A DNA stretch of 37,996 nt from a virus (lineage: Duplodnaviria > Caudoviricetes), in the IMG/VR virus record IMGVR_UViG_3300023260_000003, positions 1 to 37,996 of that record, one strand, 5' to 3'. Below the pieces are notes generated by a model, which did no database searches, had not been told where the DNA came from, and was given only the letters and a program-made list of their open reading frames with translations. Below, piece by piece: positions 36,345-37,996 of this stretch. Position 1 is the stretch's first letter; each line of letters starts with the position of its first letter. A program made the translations under genes and the position numbers.

Positions 36345-36355
36345 AATATGAAATC

Positions 36356-36745
36356 ATGGCTTACAAACGAAAAGAAATATTTGAAAAAGCAAAAACTGCA
36401 TTAGATAAAAACCCTTTGTTATTTGTTGAGGACATTATTGCTTATTTGCCTTGTGATAGGTCAACGTTTTACCGAATGTTTCCACCCGAATGCGACGAAT
36501 ACGACACATTAAAAGAGAAACTTGAAATAAATAGAATAAGAACCAAAACTGAGCTTCGAAAAAAATGGTTTAGTTCTAAAGCTCCCGCACTGCAAATGGG
36601 ATTGATGAAACTACTTGCAACACCCGAAGAACACAAAAGACTATCTATGCAGTTTATCGAAAGCGAAAACACCAATACAAATAAAAATTTCGATATAACA
36701 AAACTTTATAAAGGCAACGATAACAAGGATGTTAAAGGAACCTAA
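36356..36745 (+). CDS. Terminase small subunit (putative)
   Basis: 129 aa overlapping terL; HTH-like DIIAYLPCDRSTFY. Confidence 0.6.
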   Translation: MAYKRKEIFEKAKTALDKNPLLFVEDIIAYLPCDRSTFYRMFPPECDEYDTLKEKLEINRIRTKTELRKKWFSSKAPALQMGLMKLLATPEEHKRLSMQFIESENTNTNKNFDITKLYKGNDNKDVKGT

Positions 36746-37940
36746 TGAAATATGGGACGGATTAGGAAATCAAACACGTTACTTTATAATTACAGGCGGT
36801 CGTGGTTCGGGAAAGTCTTTTGAAATAGGTAGATTTGTAAAATTTTTATCATTTGAATCAGGACATAAGATTTTGTTTACTAGACAGACAATGACCTCCG
36901 CCCATTTGTCAATCATTCCCGAATTTCAAGAAAAGATAGATTTTTATAATTCAAATACTAGCTTCGATATAAAGAAAAACGAAATTAAAAACCTCGATTC
37001 GGGAAGCGAAATAATTTTTAGGGGTTTGAAATCCAGTTCAGGCGACCAAACCGCAAATTTAAAATCATTGCAGGGCGTTACTACTTGGATATTGGATGAA
37101 GCCGAAGAGCAAATTGATGAAAAAGTCTTCGATAAAATTAATTTATCAGTTAGGCATAAAGGCAAACAAAACAGGGTAATATTAATTTTAAACCCAGCCA
37201 CCAAAGAACATTGGATTTACAAACGTTTCTTTGAAGACATGGGCGTAAATGAAGGCTTTACAGGAAGAAAAGGCGATGTAACCTACATACACACCACCTA
37301 CTTAGATAACGTTGAAAATTTAAGCGATTCTTTTATTCGTGAGATAGAAAGGATAAGACTCACCAACCCGCAAAAATTCCAGCATCAAATTTTGGGCGGT
37401 TGGTTAAACAAAGCCGAAGGCGTTGTATTTAGCAATTGGCATATTGGCAATTTCGAGGAACACTCAAAACCCGTTTTTGGTCAAGATTACGGTTTTAGTA
37501 TTGACCCAACGACACTAGACAAATGCTCTATTGATTCCAAGAATAAACGAATTTATGTTAAAGAATATTTACACAAGGCCAGCCTTACAACCTCTCAGAT
37601 ATTTGAAGAAAATAAAACACACGCTTTAAAAAACCTAATCATTGCCGATAGTGCGGAACCCCGTTTAATTTCAGAATTGAAAACAAGAGGGCTAAACATC
37701 AAAGGAATTGAAAAGCCTAAAATAATTGATAGGATTGCTTTATTACAGGACTGGCAAATCATAGTTGACCCCGATAGTATAAACATCATTAAAGAACTCA
37801 ATAATTATGTTTGGCACGATAGGAAGAGTCAAACCCCTATAGACGATTACAATCACCACTTAGACCCTATAGGATATGTTCTTTGGGATTTGGTAGGAAA
37901 AGGAAAAATACAAGTTAAAACAAGTTCTTATGTTGAATAA
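36729..37940 (+). CDS. terL: Terminase large subunit, PBSX-like
   Basis: GGRGSGKS, WILDEAEE, LNP, GQDYG, ADSAEP, DYNHHLD. Confidence 0.92.
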   Translation: MLKEPNEIWDGLGNQTRYFIITGGRGSGKSFEIGRFVKFLSFESGHKILFTRQTMTSAHLSIIPEFQEKIDFYNSNTSFDIKKNEIKNLDSGSEIIFRGLKSSSGDQTANLKSLQGVTTWILDEAEEQIDEKVFDKINLSVRHKGKQNRVILILNPATKEHWIYKRFFEDMGVNEGFTGRKGDVTYIHTTYLDNVENLSDSFIREIERIRLTNPQKFQHQILGGWLNKAEGVVFSNWHIGNFEEHSKPVFGQDYGFSIDPTTLDKCSIDSKNKRIYVKEYLHKASLTTSQIFEENKTHALKNLIIADSAEPRLISELKTRGLNIKGIEKPKIIDRIALLQDWQIIVDPDSINIIKELNNYVWHDRKSQTPIDDYNHHLDPIGYVLWDLVGKGKIQVKTSSYVE

Positions 37941-37996
37941 TCAATTATCATTAATTAATCAGGACGATTTTAAATTTTTGGTTAAAAATGGAAAAC
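37930..37996 (+). CDS. Start of next gene, 3'-truncated
   Basis: ATG overlapping the terL end, MLNNQLSLINQDDFKFLVKNGK open to the window edge. Confidence 0.45.
   Translation, partial: MLNNQLSLINQDDFKFLVKNGK

Noticed and set aside
1-37996. tRNA genes, reverse transcriptase/DGR, alternative genetic code
   Set aside because: No cloverleaf or RT motif noticed by eye; standard code gives dense, intact ORFs

Overview
An AT-rich, almost entirely plus-strand segment covering most of a tailed (siphovirus-like) phage genome. The host is probably a Flavobacteriia/Bacteroidota bacterium, judged from repeated TTG-N19-TAnnTTTG promoters and a C-S-K-D-D-D lipoprotein. Gene order: 5'-truncated tail protein and tape measure (1-4705); an antisense lipoprotein moron; ClpP-type protease, major capsid, two paralogous structural proteins, portal, connector and an S74-chaperone tail fibre (5602-14396); a short tyrosine recombinase preceded by a lox/dif-like site; GIY-YIG nuclease; a catalytically degenerate second recombinase; ParA plus an RHH-like partner; a replication initiator with an internal iteron-like origin; SMC-like ATPase, RecT-like protein and MBL hydrolase; glycosyltransferase, HNH, ParB-like protein and terminase. 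No intact full-length integrase, CI-like repressor or endolysin is recognisable in the window. The main hypothesis is a phage-plasmid with Par partitioning, a resolvase and its site, and candidate regulatory RNAs near rep. All protein calls come from motif recognition by eye, with no database search.
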